A stretch of DNA of 64,000 nt, from positions 270,213 to 334,212 of the forward strand of contig JAUVZD010000001.1 of assembly GCA_030602715.1 (NCBI GenBank). Reading direction: 5' to 3'. The position numbers and the translations under genes were made by a program. Below the pieces are notes generated by a model. It was not told where the DNA came from, did not search any database, and worked only from the letters and a program-made list of their open reading frames with translations. Below are positions 55,210 to 64,000 of this stretch, one piece after another. This DNA is from Candidatus Coatesbacteria bacterium. Lineage in GTDB: Bacteria > RBG-13-66-14 > B26-G2 > JAUVZD01. Numbering within the stretch: the stretch's first letter is position 1; each line of letters starts with the position of its first letter.

Positions 55210-57573
55210 ATGAATAAAATTCTTGACAAGCATACCACCTTTCAGGATTATATCCAGATCTTCGTTAAGCGGCGCTGGTTGCTACTGGCTATCTTTCTGG
55301 GGGTTACCGCCATCGGGGCTTTCCTCAGCCTGCGAATGACCTCCATCTACAGCGCCACCACCACCATCCGGGTGGAGAAGAAACCCAGCATAATCTCAGC
55401 GTTAATGTATTATTACATGTGGGACCCCAATTTCTTTGACACCGAAGTCGCCTTCATCAAAAGCCGAAGCCTCTCAATGCGGGTGGTCAACCACCTGAAA
55501 TCAGCATACCAGACCGACCCACCCGTATGGAAGAAGAGCTACCTTGCCGATTTCACCCTGGAATTGTCCGTCCTCCCCGGGCAGTATACTTTACTAGTGG
55601 AGGATGAGGAGGGAAACTTCGTTGTCAAGGATTCCAGCGGTGCCACTATAGGAAGTGGAAAAAACTACGAGGAGTTTTCCCGTATGGGAATCTCCTTCAC
55701 CCTGAAACACCCCGAACCCCGCAAGGGTCTTTCCTGCAAGATAAATATAGACAACTTCGCCGCAAAGGTTGACGGCCTGCGAGCCAGTATTACCGCAAAA
55801 CCGATGAGGAATGTGAATATTATTGAGGTGCAGGTGTTGGGCAACAACCCCATTAAAGTGGCTAATCTAGCCAATGTCGTCGCAGAACAATACATCATTG
55901 AAAGCCAGCAAGCCAAGACCCAGCAGGTTACCGCCACCCGTCTGTTCATTGAGGAACAAATGAACATAATAAACACCCAGCTGGTGGAGCTGGAGGATGC
56001 CATCAGGGACTATAAGGAGAAGGAGGGGGTGGTTGACATATCGCAAAAGGCAAATTTCCTCATCCAGGAAATCGGCGACTATGAAAGACTGAAGGCGTCA
56101 AGCGAGATAGACCTGTTTATCGCCGAATCTGAACTAAACCGCATTCATTCCGCTTTGAGTAGTGATGGCGGTTCTCTAGAATCTTATATGGATGTATATT
56201 CCTCCCCCTATCTTTTGCAAAGCAGTAGGTATATCAACTTCTACGCTAATATGCAGGCTCTATACGAGGAGCGGAAGAGACTGCTTGAATTCTACACCGA
56301 AGAACATCCCCAGGTCAAGGAGTTGGACGCTCAGATAAAATCTATTGAAGACGCCTTCATGGACAGCATTCAGGACACACTCATATACGGCGACCTGGGC
56401 ACCAAGAAGGTGGAGCTCACTAATTACATCACTATGCTCAACAAGAAGATTGCCATACTGGATGAAGAGCTCTCCTATATGCCGGAGAAACAACTTATGC
56501 TCCTGCGCCTGGAGCGGGAAGCCAACGCCCAAGCGGAGATTTACAACATGCTCCTCTCCAAATATCAGGAGGCAAAGATAAGCGAAGCGATGAAGGAGAC
56601 CGAAATCCAAATTATGGACCCAGCCACCCCTGCGATGCGCCCCATAAGACCCAATCACTTCACAAATATCGGCTTGGCTGCCGCTCTGGGCTTGATACTC
56701 GCTATCATCACTATCTTAATACTGGAGATTCTGGACAACACCCTCAACACCGCCGAAGAGGTGAAGCGCTTCACCGGTTTACCTCTTGTGGGTCTGATTC
56801 CCAAAGCCCGACAGGGACCCATCCCCAAGATAACCGCCATAAGACGCAGAGACCTCTTGGGACGACGAAGACCCATCTCCATAGATCGGGACAAATATTT
56901 GATGGTTCATCTTGAGCCGAAATCGCCGGAAGCTGAGGCATACCGTTCTCTGCGCACCAACCTGGCAGCGGTCAAAGTTGACGGCATCCTCCAGAGTATC
57001 CTGATCACCAGCTCGGTCCTCTCCGAAGGAAAGACCTCCATAGCTACCAATCTAGCGACAATCTTTGCCATGGCTGGGCGAAAGACCGTATTGGTGGATA
57101 CCGACCTGCGCCGTTCCATCATCCATCACATATTCAGGCAAAAACGTTCCCCGGGACTGACCGAGGTCTGTGTGGAAAAGAAACCTTTGTCCAAAGTGCT
57201 GCGCAAGACCGATATCCCCAATCTCCACATCCTCACCAGCGGATTCCGCCCCCCCAATCCGGCGGAGATACTTGACTCCAAGACAATGGATGACCTTATC
57301 ACCAACCTGCGAAAAAGCTACGAGACGATCATCTTTGACTCCCCACCAATCCTGGCGGTGACCGACCCAATAATCCTGGCAAAGAAAGTGGACGCTACAT
57401 TTATCGTCATCCTCTCCCAATCCACCACATATCATTCCATAAAAATGGCTCACCAGTTCCTCACCAATGCCGGGGTGGAGCCAAACGGCACCATCCTGAA
57501 CGGCATAGACTTCGCCAGAAGCTACGGTCCCTACGGTTACAAATACTACCACTACTACTCCGAGGAAGATTAG
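55210..57573 (+). CDS. Polysaccharide co-polymerase / BY-kinase (Wzc-like chain-length determinant with C-terminal tyrosine autokinase)
   Basis: N-terminal TM + Wzz-like periplasmic coiled-coil region + second TM; C-terminal Walker A (SEGKTSIATNLA), Walker A' (VLVDTDLRR), Walker B (IIFDSPP) and Tyr-rich tail YGPYGYKYYHYY. Confidence 0.85.
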   Translation: MNKILDKHTTFQDYIQIFVKRRWLLLAIFLGVTAIGAFLSLRMTSIYSATTTIRVEKKPSIISALMYYYMWDPNFFDTEVAFIKSRSLSMRVVNHLKSAYQTDPPVWKKSYLADFTLELSVLPGQYTLLVEDEEGNFVVKDSSGATIGSGKNYEEFSRMGISFTLKHPEPRKGLSCKINIDNFAAKVDGLRASITAKPMRNVNIIEVQVLGNNPIKVANLANVVAEQYIIESQQAKTQQVTATRLFIEEQMNIINTQLVELEDAIRDYKEKEGVVDISQKANFLIQEIGDYERLKASSEIDLFIAESELNRIHSALSSDGGSLESYMDVYSSPYLLQSSRYINFYANMQALYEERKRLLEFYTEEHPQVKELDAQIKSIEDAFMDSIQDTLIYGDLGTKKVELTNYITMLNKKIAILDEELSYMPEKQLMLLRLEREANAQAEIYNMLLSKYQEAKISEAMKETEIQIMDPATPAMRPIRPNHFTNIGLAAALGLILAIITILILEILDNTLNTAEEVKRFTGLPLVGLIPKARQGPIPKITAIRRRDLLGRRRPISIDRDKYLMVHLEPKSPEAEAYRSLRTNLAAVKVDGILQSILITSSVLSEGKTSIATNLATIFAMAGRKTVLVDTDLRRSIIHHIFRQKRSPGLTEVCVEKKPLSKVLRKTDIPNLHILTSGFRPPNPAEILDSKTMDDLITNLRKSYETIIFDSPPILAVTDPIILAKKVDATFIVILSQSTTYHSIKMAHQFLTNAGVEPNGTILNGIDFARSYGPYGYKYYHYYSEED

Positions 57574-57578
57574 TAGAA

Positions 57579-58547
57579 GTGAGCCCAGAAAAACCCCCCC
57601 CATTCCCCTTCCAGAACTGTCTGGTGACCGGCGGTGCCGGTTTCATCGGCTCCCATGTCGTTGAACGGTTGCTTGCGCTGGGCTGTGCGGTGCGGGTGAT
57701 AGACGACCTCTCCACCGGGCGGAAGGAGAACCTCGCCCATCTCAAGGGATATGAGTTCATCCAGGGCAGGATTCAAGACAGGGCAACAATGCGTGAGTGT
57801 CTTGCCGACATCCAGGTGGTCTTCCATCTAGCCGCACGCACCTCCGTTCCCCGCTCCTTTGAGGACCCCCAGAAGACCCATCTGGTGAACTCAGGCGCAA
57901 GCCTGCTCATCGCAAAACTTTCTGCGGAGATGGGTGTAAAGGTGCTGGTCTATTCCTCCTCATCATCCATATACGGGGACAAACAAAACCCAGTGAAATC
58001 CGAGCGCATGCGACCGGAACCGAAATCGCCTTACGCCATCTCCAAGCTGGCCGGCGAGCGATACTGCCTCCTTTACGGTGGCGTCTCCCCCCTGAAAGCG
58101 GTCTCCCTGCGCTACTTCAATGTATTCGGTCCCCGCCAGGACCCCTCCTCACCTTACTCTGCGGTGATTCCTCGCTTCATAGAGGCACAGCTTAAGGCAG
58201 AACCCCCGGTCATTTTCGGCGACGGCACCCAGACCCGGGACTTCACCTTCGTGGATAATGTCGTCTCCGCCAATCTGCTTGCTGCTTCCGCTTCCCCTAC
58301 AAAACCACAGGCTTTTAACATAGGCACCGGGGAAAGAACCTCAATCAACCAACTGCTGGGCATCATCCAGTCCCACATTAAATCTCCTCCACCAATGAAG
58401 CCAGAATACCAACCCCCTCGCAAAGGCGATGTCCTCCACTCCCAGGCGAACATCCGCAAGGCAGAACACCTGTTAGGCTACAATCCCCGAGTCTCCTTGA
58501 AGGAAGGCTTGGTGCGAACCATCCGATGGTTTCAGACGCACAGATAG
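57579..58547 (+). CDS. NAD-dependent nucleotide-sugar epimerase/dehydratase (UDP-hexose 4-epimerase-like SDR)
   Basis: Rossmann motif VTGGAGFIGSH; catalytic YxxxK (SPYAISK); extended-SDR layout. Confidence 0.85.
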   Translation: MSPEKPPPFPFQNCLVTGGAGFIGSHVVERLLALGCAVRVIDDLSTGRKENLAHLKGYEFIQGRIQDRATMRECLADIQVVFHLAARTSVPRSFEDPQKTHLVNSGASLLIAKLSAEMGVKVLVYSSSSSIYGDKQNPVKSERMRPEPKSPYAISKLAGERYCLLYGGVSPLKAVSLRYFNVFGPRQDPSSPYSAVIPRFIEAQLKAEPPVIFGDGTQTRDFTFVDNVVSANLLAASASPTKPQAFNIGTGERTSINQLLGIIQSHIKSPPPMKPEYQPPRKGDVLHSQANIRKAEHLLGYNPRVSLKEGLVRTIRWFQTHR

Positions 58548-59609
58548 ATGAACCTGCCGGCAAAAAAATACCAGGAGCATAACACCTCGCCCTCGCCTAT
58601 AAAATTAGGGCAGATAATCTTAAGCTCAGCCCTAAAAAGAACCCCGGCGACGAATATCCCCTGCAACTGGACCGCCGAGCGTCTTGGTGAGGAGAGGGTG
58701 CTATATCTTGCCCTCCGGGCGGATAAAGACGGACACCTCTCCCTGGATACAGCGATCATCTCCAGGCGCAGTGAGTGCGAAAACGAAGCCCTGACCGGAC
58801 TGATGCAGTCTGAGGTGGCAGTCAGGCGCCTGACGAAGCTCCTTTCCGGCAGAGTGGAGTTTATCCTTTTTAAGGGGCTGGCGCTGGCAGATTCGGTCTA
58901 TCCTGCACCCCACCTCCGTCCCTGTGCAGATGCGGACATACTCGCCCATCCCCAAAAGGCGACCGTCCTGGACCGTATTCTACTGGACGCGGGATACAGA
59001 AAATTGCTAAGCTCACTCAGGGGAGGGACTCTTTTCAAGAGTTCCTATCTTGACCCGGATGACTATTATGTAGAGGTCCACTTCCACATCTCCCCGCCCG
59101 ACCGGCGCAAGCCACAAAGTGCTCTGGCGTTTGAAGAGAGCAGATATGAGGGGGGAATCAGGGTATTTTCGGCGGAGATGCATCTTGTTGCCCTCACCCT
59201 CCACGCCGAGAGCCACCATTTTTCCCTGCCCCTGCTCAACTATCTTGATGTGGCTCTCATGGCTATATTCAAACCCTGGGAGCCTGAAAAGCTATACCAA
59301 CTGGTATCCCGCCACCAATGCCTGCGAAGTCTTGCCGTCCTCCTTAGCCGGGCGGAGGAACTGATACCTGAGGATGTGTGGGATGATGAGCTGCGGAGGC
59401 TCTTCGCCATACCCGGCAGACTGAATACCAACCTCATCCGCAGGGTCAGTTCCCGAATATCCACCACCAGGTTCCATCCCCTATTCCCCATCCTGCGTGG
59501 TGCGGTGCTGTTTCTATCCCTCCCTTCGTTCCCCTCATTTTTCAGGTCGCTGGTTACCCGCCTCAGAGGGCAGGATAAGATTCCGACCAATCCTATAATT
59601 AAAGATTGA
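58548..59609 (+). CDS. Hypothetical protein, possibly the uncharacterised nucleotidyltransferase family often found in polysaccharide loci
   Basis: 353 aa; starts 1 nt after the epimerase stop; GLALADSVYPAPHLRPCADADILAHP resembles a pol-beta-type NTase Asp pair context; by resemblance only. Confidence 0.4.
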   Translation: MNLPAKKYQEHNTSPSPIKLGQIILSSALKRTPATNIPCNWTAERLGEERVLYLALRADKDGHLSLDTAIISRRSECENEALTGLMQSEVAVRRLTKLLSGRVEFILFKGLALADSVYPAPHLRPCADADILAHPQKATVLDRILLDAGYRKLLSSLRGGTLFKSSYLDPDDYYVEVHFHISPPDRRKPQSALAFEESRYEGGIRVFSAEMHLVALTLHAESHHFSLPLLNYLDVALMAIFKPWEPEKLYQLVSRHQCLRSLAVLLSRAEELIPEDVWDDELRRLFAIPGRLNTNLIRRVSSRISTTRFHPLFPILRGAVLFLSLPSFPSFFRSLVTRLRGQDKIPTNPIIKD

Positions 59610-59616
59610 GCCTTGA

Positions 59617-59639
59617 CTTACCATACTTTTTATGGTAAG
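59617..59639 (+). promoter_or_regulatory. Perfect 9-bp inverted repeat upstream of rplU (terminator of upstream operon and/or ribosomal-protein leader element)
   Basis: cttaccata-ctttt-tatggtaag, overlapping a TTGACT hexamer at 59613-59618; 42 nt upstream of the rplU ATG. Confidence 0.4.
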
Positions 59640-59680
59640 TTTAACAGCTAATCTTGATTGCCACTTGTGGAGGAGTGAAT

Positions 59681-60001
59681 ATGCAGGCACTGGTCAAGCT
59701 AAGCGGGTCACAATATCTGGTAAACGAGGGCGACAAACTGACCGTCAACCTACTTGACTTCCCCGAGGGCGATAAGTTCGCCATCAAAGAGGTACTTTTG
59801 GTCGTAGATGGGAAAAAAACTCACATCGGCTCCCCACTGGTCAAAGGAGCCAAGGTGGAATGCGAGGTTATGCGCCACTATCTGGGCAAAAAAGTGGTGG
59901 CTTTCAAGCACAAAAGGCGCAAAGACTACAGTCGCACCAGAGGGCATCGTCAGAGGTTGAGCGATATTCGGGTCAAATCCATCACTATTGGCAGTCAATA
60001 G
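59681..60001 (+). CDS. rplU: 50S ribosomal protein L21
   Basis: MQALVKLSGSQYLVNEGDKL...KRRKDYSRTRGHRQ matches bL21. Start at ATG 59681 (RBS ggagg 9 nt upstream); the ORF track starts at a TTG at 59654. Confidence 0.9.
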   Translation: MQALVKLSGSQYLVNEGDKLTVNLLDFPEGDKFAIKEVLLVVDGKKTHIGSPLVKGAKVECEVMRHYLGKKVVAFKHKRRKDYSRTRGHRQRLSDIRVKSITIGSQ

Positions 60002-60035
60002 CTTGACATGGTAATTTTTTATGGAGGAATAGATA

Positions 60036-60290
60036 ATGGCTCACAAAAAATCCGGCGGCTCAAGCAGAAACGGTAGAGACAGTGCCGGCCGGCGTTTGGG
60101 AATAAAATCTTCCGGCGGTCAGCTGGTGAGCGGGGGTAGTATCATCGTGCGCCAGCGAGGAACTCGCTTCAAGCCGGGAAACAACTGCGGATTGGGCAGT
60201 GACGATACCGTATTCGCCAAGGTGACCGGTCGGGTGATCTTCTCCAGCCTGAAGGGCGGGCGTAAGCTGGTCTCCGTCATCCCCGTCTGA
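60036..60290 (+). CDS. rpmA: 50S ribosomal protein L27
   Basis: [39 protein letters not shown] is the near-invariant bL27 N-terminus. Confidence 0.95.
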   Translation: MAHKKSGGSSRNGRDSAGRRLGIKSSGGQLVSGGSIIVRQRGTRFKPGNNCGLGSDDTVFAKVTGRVIFSSLKGGRKLVSVIPV

Positions 60291-60300
60291 TTGCAAAATC

Positions 60301-61329
60301 ATGTTCGTAGATGAGGTAACCATCACCCTCAAAGCCGGAGACGGAGGACGGGGGACGGTCAGCTTCCGGCGGGAGAAATTCATCCCCCGGGGTGGTCCCG
60401 ACGGCGGCGACGGCGGCCATGGTGGGAGTATCTACCTCGCTGTGGACGCTAATCTGAGCACCTTGAGCCACCTGCGAGGACAGCACCATTTCCACGCCCA
60501 GGACGGCAAGCCCGGCGGGCGAAATAAACGTCGGGGCAAATCGGGTCAGGATGCGACTATTCTCGTGCCTGCAGGGACCCGGGTAAGGCGCAGCGTTGAC
60601 GGACCCATCTTCTGCGAGCTGAATCAGGTCGGCGAGCGGGTGCTGGCGGCGAAGGGTGGAAGTGGAGGCAGGGGAAACTCTCGCTTCGCCACTTCAACCA
60701 ATAGAGCACCCCGCACCTACGAGGATGGAGAAGAGGGAGAGAAGTTCACCTTCTTTCTAGAACTTCGCCTGTTGGCTCAGGTGGCATTGATCGGTCCGCC
60801 CAATGCCGGAAAATCTACCATTCTCAGAGCCATAACCAACGCCACCCCCAAGGTCAGCGGTTATCCCTTCACCACTCTCACCCCCAATCTGGGGGTGGTG
60901 GATGTTGATGAACTTAATAGCTTCGTCATCTCCGACCTGCCCGGCATAATAAACGGCGCCCACCTGGGGGTGGGGCTGGGCGACCGCTTTCTGCGCCACA
61001 TAGAACGTTCGGCGGTCCTCTGTGCGGTCATTGATGTAGGCGGGGAGGTCCCCTCCGACCCGGCGGAGGATCTGGAGACCATTATAAAAGAGCTTCACTT
61101 GCGCAACGCCCGCCTGGCGGAGCGGTTGGCTCTGGTGATTGCCAACAAGATGGACCTGCCCAACGCAGCACAACAGTTGGAGATGCTGAAGCGGAAATGT
61201 CACCTGCCGATAGTAGCGGTAAGTGCGCTCAAGCGCCGGGAGCTTAATCGGCTGGTGGGGGAGCTCTTCTCCCTGGTTTTAGAGCGAAAACAACCGACCG
61301 AGGTGTCCATAGGTGATTCAGGGCTTTAA
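60301..61329 (+). CDS. obg: GTPase Obg
   Basis: Obg fold MFVDEV.I.LKAGDGGRG..SFRREKFIPRGGPDGGDGGHGGSIYL; G-domain GPPNAGKST, DLPGII. Confidence 0.95.
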   Translation: MFVDEVTITLKAGDGGRGTVSFRREKFIPRGGPDGGDGGHGGSIYLAVDANLSTLSHLRGQHHFHAQDGKPGGRNKRRGKSGQDATILVPAGTRVRRSVDGPIFCELNQVGERVLAAKGGSGGRGNSRFATSTNRAPRTYEDGEEGEKFTFFLELRLLAQVALIGPPNAGKSTILRAITNATPKVSGYPFTTLTPNLGVVDVDELNSFVISDLPGIINGAHLGVGLGDRFLRHIERSAVLCAVIDVGGEVPSDPAEDLETIIKELHLRNARLAERLALVIANKMDLPNAAQQLEMLKRKCHLPIVAVSALKRRELNRLVGELFSLVLERKQPTEVSIGDSGL

Positions 61330-61639
61330 CACCGAAATCACTCTGAAAGACAGCACCTACCACATCCAGACCGAACTGGTGGGCTCACGTATCGTAAGCC
61401 TCATCTTCCTGAACGGTGCGGTCATCGCCGACAAACAGACCAAGATAGAGGAGCCCTATCATACCGAATCCCTCTCAAAAGAGGAACTGAAGGTTCTAAG
61501 GAAATCCATGCGGGAACAGCACATGAACATGATTGAACAGCTCAAGGGAGGAGAGGAACTGCCCAGAGATGCGAAACGACCGATTGATGAGGATAAGGAC
61601 CTTATCAGCAAATTTCTGGATGAGTGGGCGCAGGAATAG
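61313..61639 (+). CDS. Hypothetical small protein overlapping the obg 3' end
   Basis: 108 aa ORF overlapping obg by 17 nt in another frame; helical K/E-rich C-terminus; no motif. Could be spurious. Confidence 0.3.
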   Translation: MIQGFNTEITLKDSTYHIQTELVGSRIVSLIFLNGAVIADKQTKIEEPYHTESLSKEELKVLRKSMREQHMNMIEQLKGGEELPRDAKRPIDEDKDLISKFLDEWAQE

Positions 61640-61775
61640 AACAGTTTACAGCTGCATCCGTGGGGAACGAGAACCACACTAAAAGCAAAGCCCTGTGAAC
61701 GATTTCGTCAAGCTACTTAATGTTTAAGCCCGCCCAAAGTGGTCGGCGCTTTTTTAAACCAAGATAGATAGCTAT

Positions 61776-63119
61776 ATGCCCCTCCGCACAATCGTCATCA
61801 CAGTTTTTTTCCTCTTTTTCATATCCACAGCCCGGGGAGATGAACCGAACCCACCCCCAACACAGGCTGAGGGTGAGGAGACCCTCACCACCTATCCCCA
61901 ACCCCCTGACGATTACGCCGGCTCCATCACCGTCAAAGAGATACGGGTGCGGGGGAACACCTACAGCGACACCTCCACCATAATCAATTACATGACCATA
62001 GATGTGGGCGAGGTATTCGCAGACCAGGGTGGGCTGGAATCGGCTGTGGACAAGAGCCTGCGACGGCTGATGGACACTCAGTTGTTCTCCCTGATTCAAG
62101 TATATGACCTTCCCCGCAGCGACCCCTCGCAGGCGGTCATCTATGTCCTCATCCGGGAGGGCGAGCACTGGTCAATCGGTGGGGACTTCTGGTATGGCAC
62201 CCTGGGACGAAAGAATCTGTTCGGAACCGGCAAGGAGGTGGGCATCACCCTGGGGTTCAACCGTCTCGGCGCATACTATCACGACCCCTATCTGTTCAAC
62301 ACCCCCCTCACCTACAGTCTCTCCCTCCATCACTACCGGGGAAGCAGATACAGCCTGGAGCCCGACGACGGCGAGAATGTGGTGGAGGGCGCATCCTTCT
62401 CCCTCAACCGCACCATTGCCAGATTTGATTTCGGACTCCATCTCTCCGATGACCTCACCCTCGTCGCCAGGTTCAGTGCCGAACATTACTACCCCTATAA
62501 TCAGAGCGAGGGCTTTGACTTCGCCCCTTTCTCCGCCGACACGGTGCACAACAACAACACCCTGGGCGCCTCCCTAACCCTGGACCTGCGGGACACCAAC
62601 TGGAACCCCAATTCGGGTGCTCTCCTCCTTGCCAACTACGAGCGGGGCTTTCCCCGCTTGGGCGGAGACTTCTCCTACGAAAAATACGGCCTGGACGCCC
62701 GCTTCTACCTCCCCATCCCGGTAAGCAGACACACAATCATCGCCTCCCGTCTCTATATACAGAGAGCGGAAGGGGAGACGCCCTACTTCCTCCTTCCCAA
62801 CATCGGCGGGCTGGGCGGCTTGCGAGCCCCCAACTACGGTCATTACACCGCTCCCACCGCACTGCTTGCCTCCCTGGAGCTACGACAACGCCTATTCTCC
62901 CTGCCCCTCTTCGGGGTCTGGTTTGAAGGGGCTTTTTTTGTGGATGTGGGGCGAGCCTTTGAGGAGGGAGAAAAGTTTGAGGTCTCCGAACTGTTGTGGG
63001 CGGTGGGACCCAGCCTGCGCCTGCACATGTTCGCATTCGGCAGGCACAGTGCCCGTCTGGATGTGGGCTTCGGCAGGGAAGGCTACGAGCTATATCTGAC
63101 CTGGGACCATGCTTTTTGA
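61776..63119 (+). CDS. Omp85/BamA-TamA-like outer-membrane protein (single POTRA-like region + beta-barrel)
   Basis: Signal peptide; POTRA-like ITVKEIRVRGNTYSDTSTIINYMTIDVGEVF; barrel region with alternating aromatics and C-terminal aromatic (..YLTWDHAF). Confidence 0.6.
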   Translation: MPLRTIVITVFFLFFISTARGDEPNPPPTQAEGEETLTTYPQPPDDYAGSITVKEIRVRGNTYSDTSTIINYMTIDVGEVFADQGGLESAVDKSLRRLMDTQLFSLIQVYDLPRSDPSQAVIYVLIREGEHWSIGGDFWYGTLGRKNLFGTGKEVGITLGFNRLGAYYHDPYLFNTPLTYSLSLHHYRGSRYSLEPDDGENVVEGASFSLNRTIARFDFGLHLSDDLTLVARFSAEHYYPYNQSEGFDFAPFSADTVHNNNTLGASLTLDLRDTNWNPNSGALLLANYERGFPRLGGDFSYEKYGLDARFYLPIPVSRHTIIASRLYIQRAEGETPYFLLPNIGGLGGLRAPNYGHYTAPTALLASLELRQRLFSLPLFGVWFEGAFFVDVGRAFEEGEKFEVSELLWAVGPSLRLHMFAFGRHSARLDVGFGREGYELYLTWDHAF

Positions 63120-63122
63120 GCT

Positions 63123-63863
63123 ATGAGAATAGACCGCAGACATATACTGCTCCCCTGGATTTTAGTTACCATGTTGGTAATCTTTTTGCCGACTCCGTCC
63201 GGGCTGTATGCCGACGAAGAACCACAAGGCGACGACGACAGCCCCGCTTCAGTGGAGGATGATTCAAGGAATCAGTTCTACCAGCAGGAAGCCTCCGTAA
63301 AGACCAGGCATCCTGAACACCTGCTGGAGGGTATCTTGCTTATGGAGCAAGGAAAAACCGAGGGGAACTGTGAACTGTTGAAAAAGGCGGAGGAGCTGTT
63401 CAAGTCGGCGCTTGAGGAGGACCCGGAGGACGCTTACGCAATGGCATATCTGGGCAACAGCGAGGTGCTTAGAGGGATGTTGGGCGGATTTCTGTCCACC
63501 AAGATTCTGACCATATCCAGAGGATTCAAGCATCTGGATGAGGCAAATAAACTCTGGCCGATGAACCCCCGGATAATGCTCATGACCGCATGGCGGGGTC
63601 TGGAGGCGGACATACTCTACGGTCGCCTGTGGCAATCGGCTGACTACTTCTCTATTTTGGCGGAGGGCTTTGAGGGGGGAAGCGACGCCGGTTGGGTGAG
63701 CGCGGACATCGCTCAACAGGCATATCTGGGGCTGGGCGAGTGTCTATTGCTGTTGGGCGACCTCTACGGGGCACGCTCCTGCTTTATTATCGCCCTGACC
63801 ATAAATCCCGCCACCGAGTGGGGCGGGCGGGCTGAGGAGCTATTGGAGGATACGGAGGGGTAG
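63123..63863 (+). CDS. Hypothetical secreted helical (TPR-like) protein
   Basis: Hydrophobic N-terminus (LPWILVTMLVIFL); acidic linker; helical repeats (AYAMAYLGNSEVL; YLGLGECLLLLGDLYGARSCF). Confidence 0.4.
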   Translation: MRIDRRHILLPWILVTMLVIFLPTPSGLYADEEPQGDDDSPASVEDDSRNQFYQQEASVKTRHPEHLLEGILLMEQGKTEGNCELLKKAEELFKSALEEDPEDAYAMAYLGNSEVLRGMLGGFLSTKILTISRGFKHLDEANKLWPMNPRIMLMTAWRGLEADILYGRLWQSADYFSILAEGFEGGSDAGWVSADIAQQAYLGLGECLLLLGDLYGARSCFIIALTINPATEWGGRAEELLEDTEG

Positions 63864-64000
63864 AGGGGGGGGATTTATATTTAGGGAACTATGCCTTTGC
63901 CAAAACCATGGCTCGGTTTCACGGCTTTGGGTTTCTCTGTAAGCACGGCCTTTAACGCCTTTTCCAAAGGTAATAGATAAAGCGAGAGGGGCGGCGTGGA

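Noticed and set aside
60003-60008. TTGACA hexamer between rplU and rpmA as an internal promoter
   Set aside because: Only 27 nt from the rpmA ATG with the RBS inside the would-be spacer, and no acceptable -10 at 16-18 nt; more likely coincidental, with rpmA co-transcribed with rplU.
1-64000. CRISPR arrays, rRNA/tRNA genes, transposases/integrases, prophage or toxin-antitoxin genes
   Set aside because: No regularly spaced direct repeats, no cloverleaf-compatible intergenic segments, and no translation with DDE, tyrosine/serine recombinase, or phage structural signatures was seen; tool-based scans (tRNAscan-SE, Infernal, CRISPR finders) would be needed to exclude small RNAs definitively.

Overview
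GC-rich bacterial chromosomal segment, densely coding on both strands (about 57 CDS called). No rRNA, tRNA, CRISPR array, transposase or integrase was recognised. Housekeeping genes are readily identified from conserved motifs: folK-panB-panC-panD, asnB, glgC, dxs-tlyA-nadK, thiL, a Ca2+/H+ antiporter, galT, kptA, murA, sufS-type cysteine desulfurase, cysS and rplU-rpmA-obg. Between them lie envelope and signalling loci. The strongest candidates for undescribed biology are: (1) a tandem array of five diverged paralogous secreted/lipoproteins (14.8-18.1 kb), four of them preceded by a TTGATT-17-TAnnnT promoter-like motif; (2) an eight-gene co-directional operon (28.8-39.1 kb) containing a standalone FlgD/T9SS-CTD-like mini-protein, a beta-barrel-like/TPR protein and a partner-switching trio (HAMP-SpoIIE phosphatase, RsbW-like kinase, STAS-GAF-HD-GYP) whose output appears to be c-di-GMP hydrolysis rather than a sigma factor; (3) a DegT-family enzyme with His at the Schiff-base Lys position plus a Cys cluster, paired with a GT2 glycosyltransferase at the window start. 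Also present are a PilZ/flippase-like/UbiA/GHL10 cluster, an ECF sigma/anti-sigma/CpxP-like operon and a Wza-Wzc exopolysaccharide export locus. All calls rest on reading the six-frame translations and the DNA by eye; no database search was run. Organism is unknown; the domain mix (many TPR proteins, FlgD/CTD-like domain, lipoproteins) would fit an uncultivated FCB-group-like lineage, but that is a guess.
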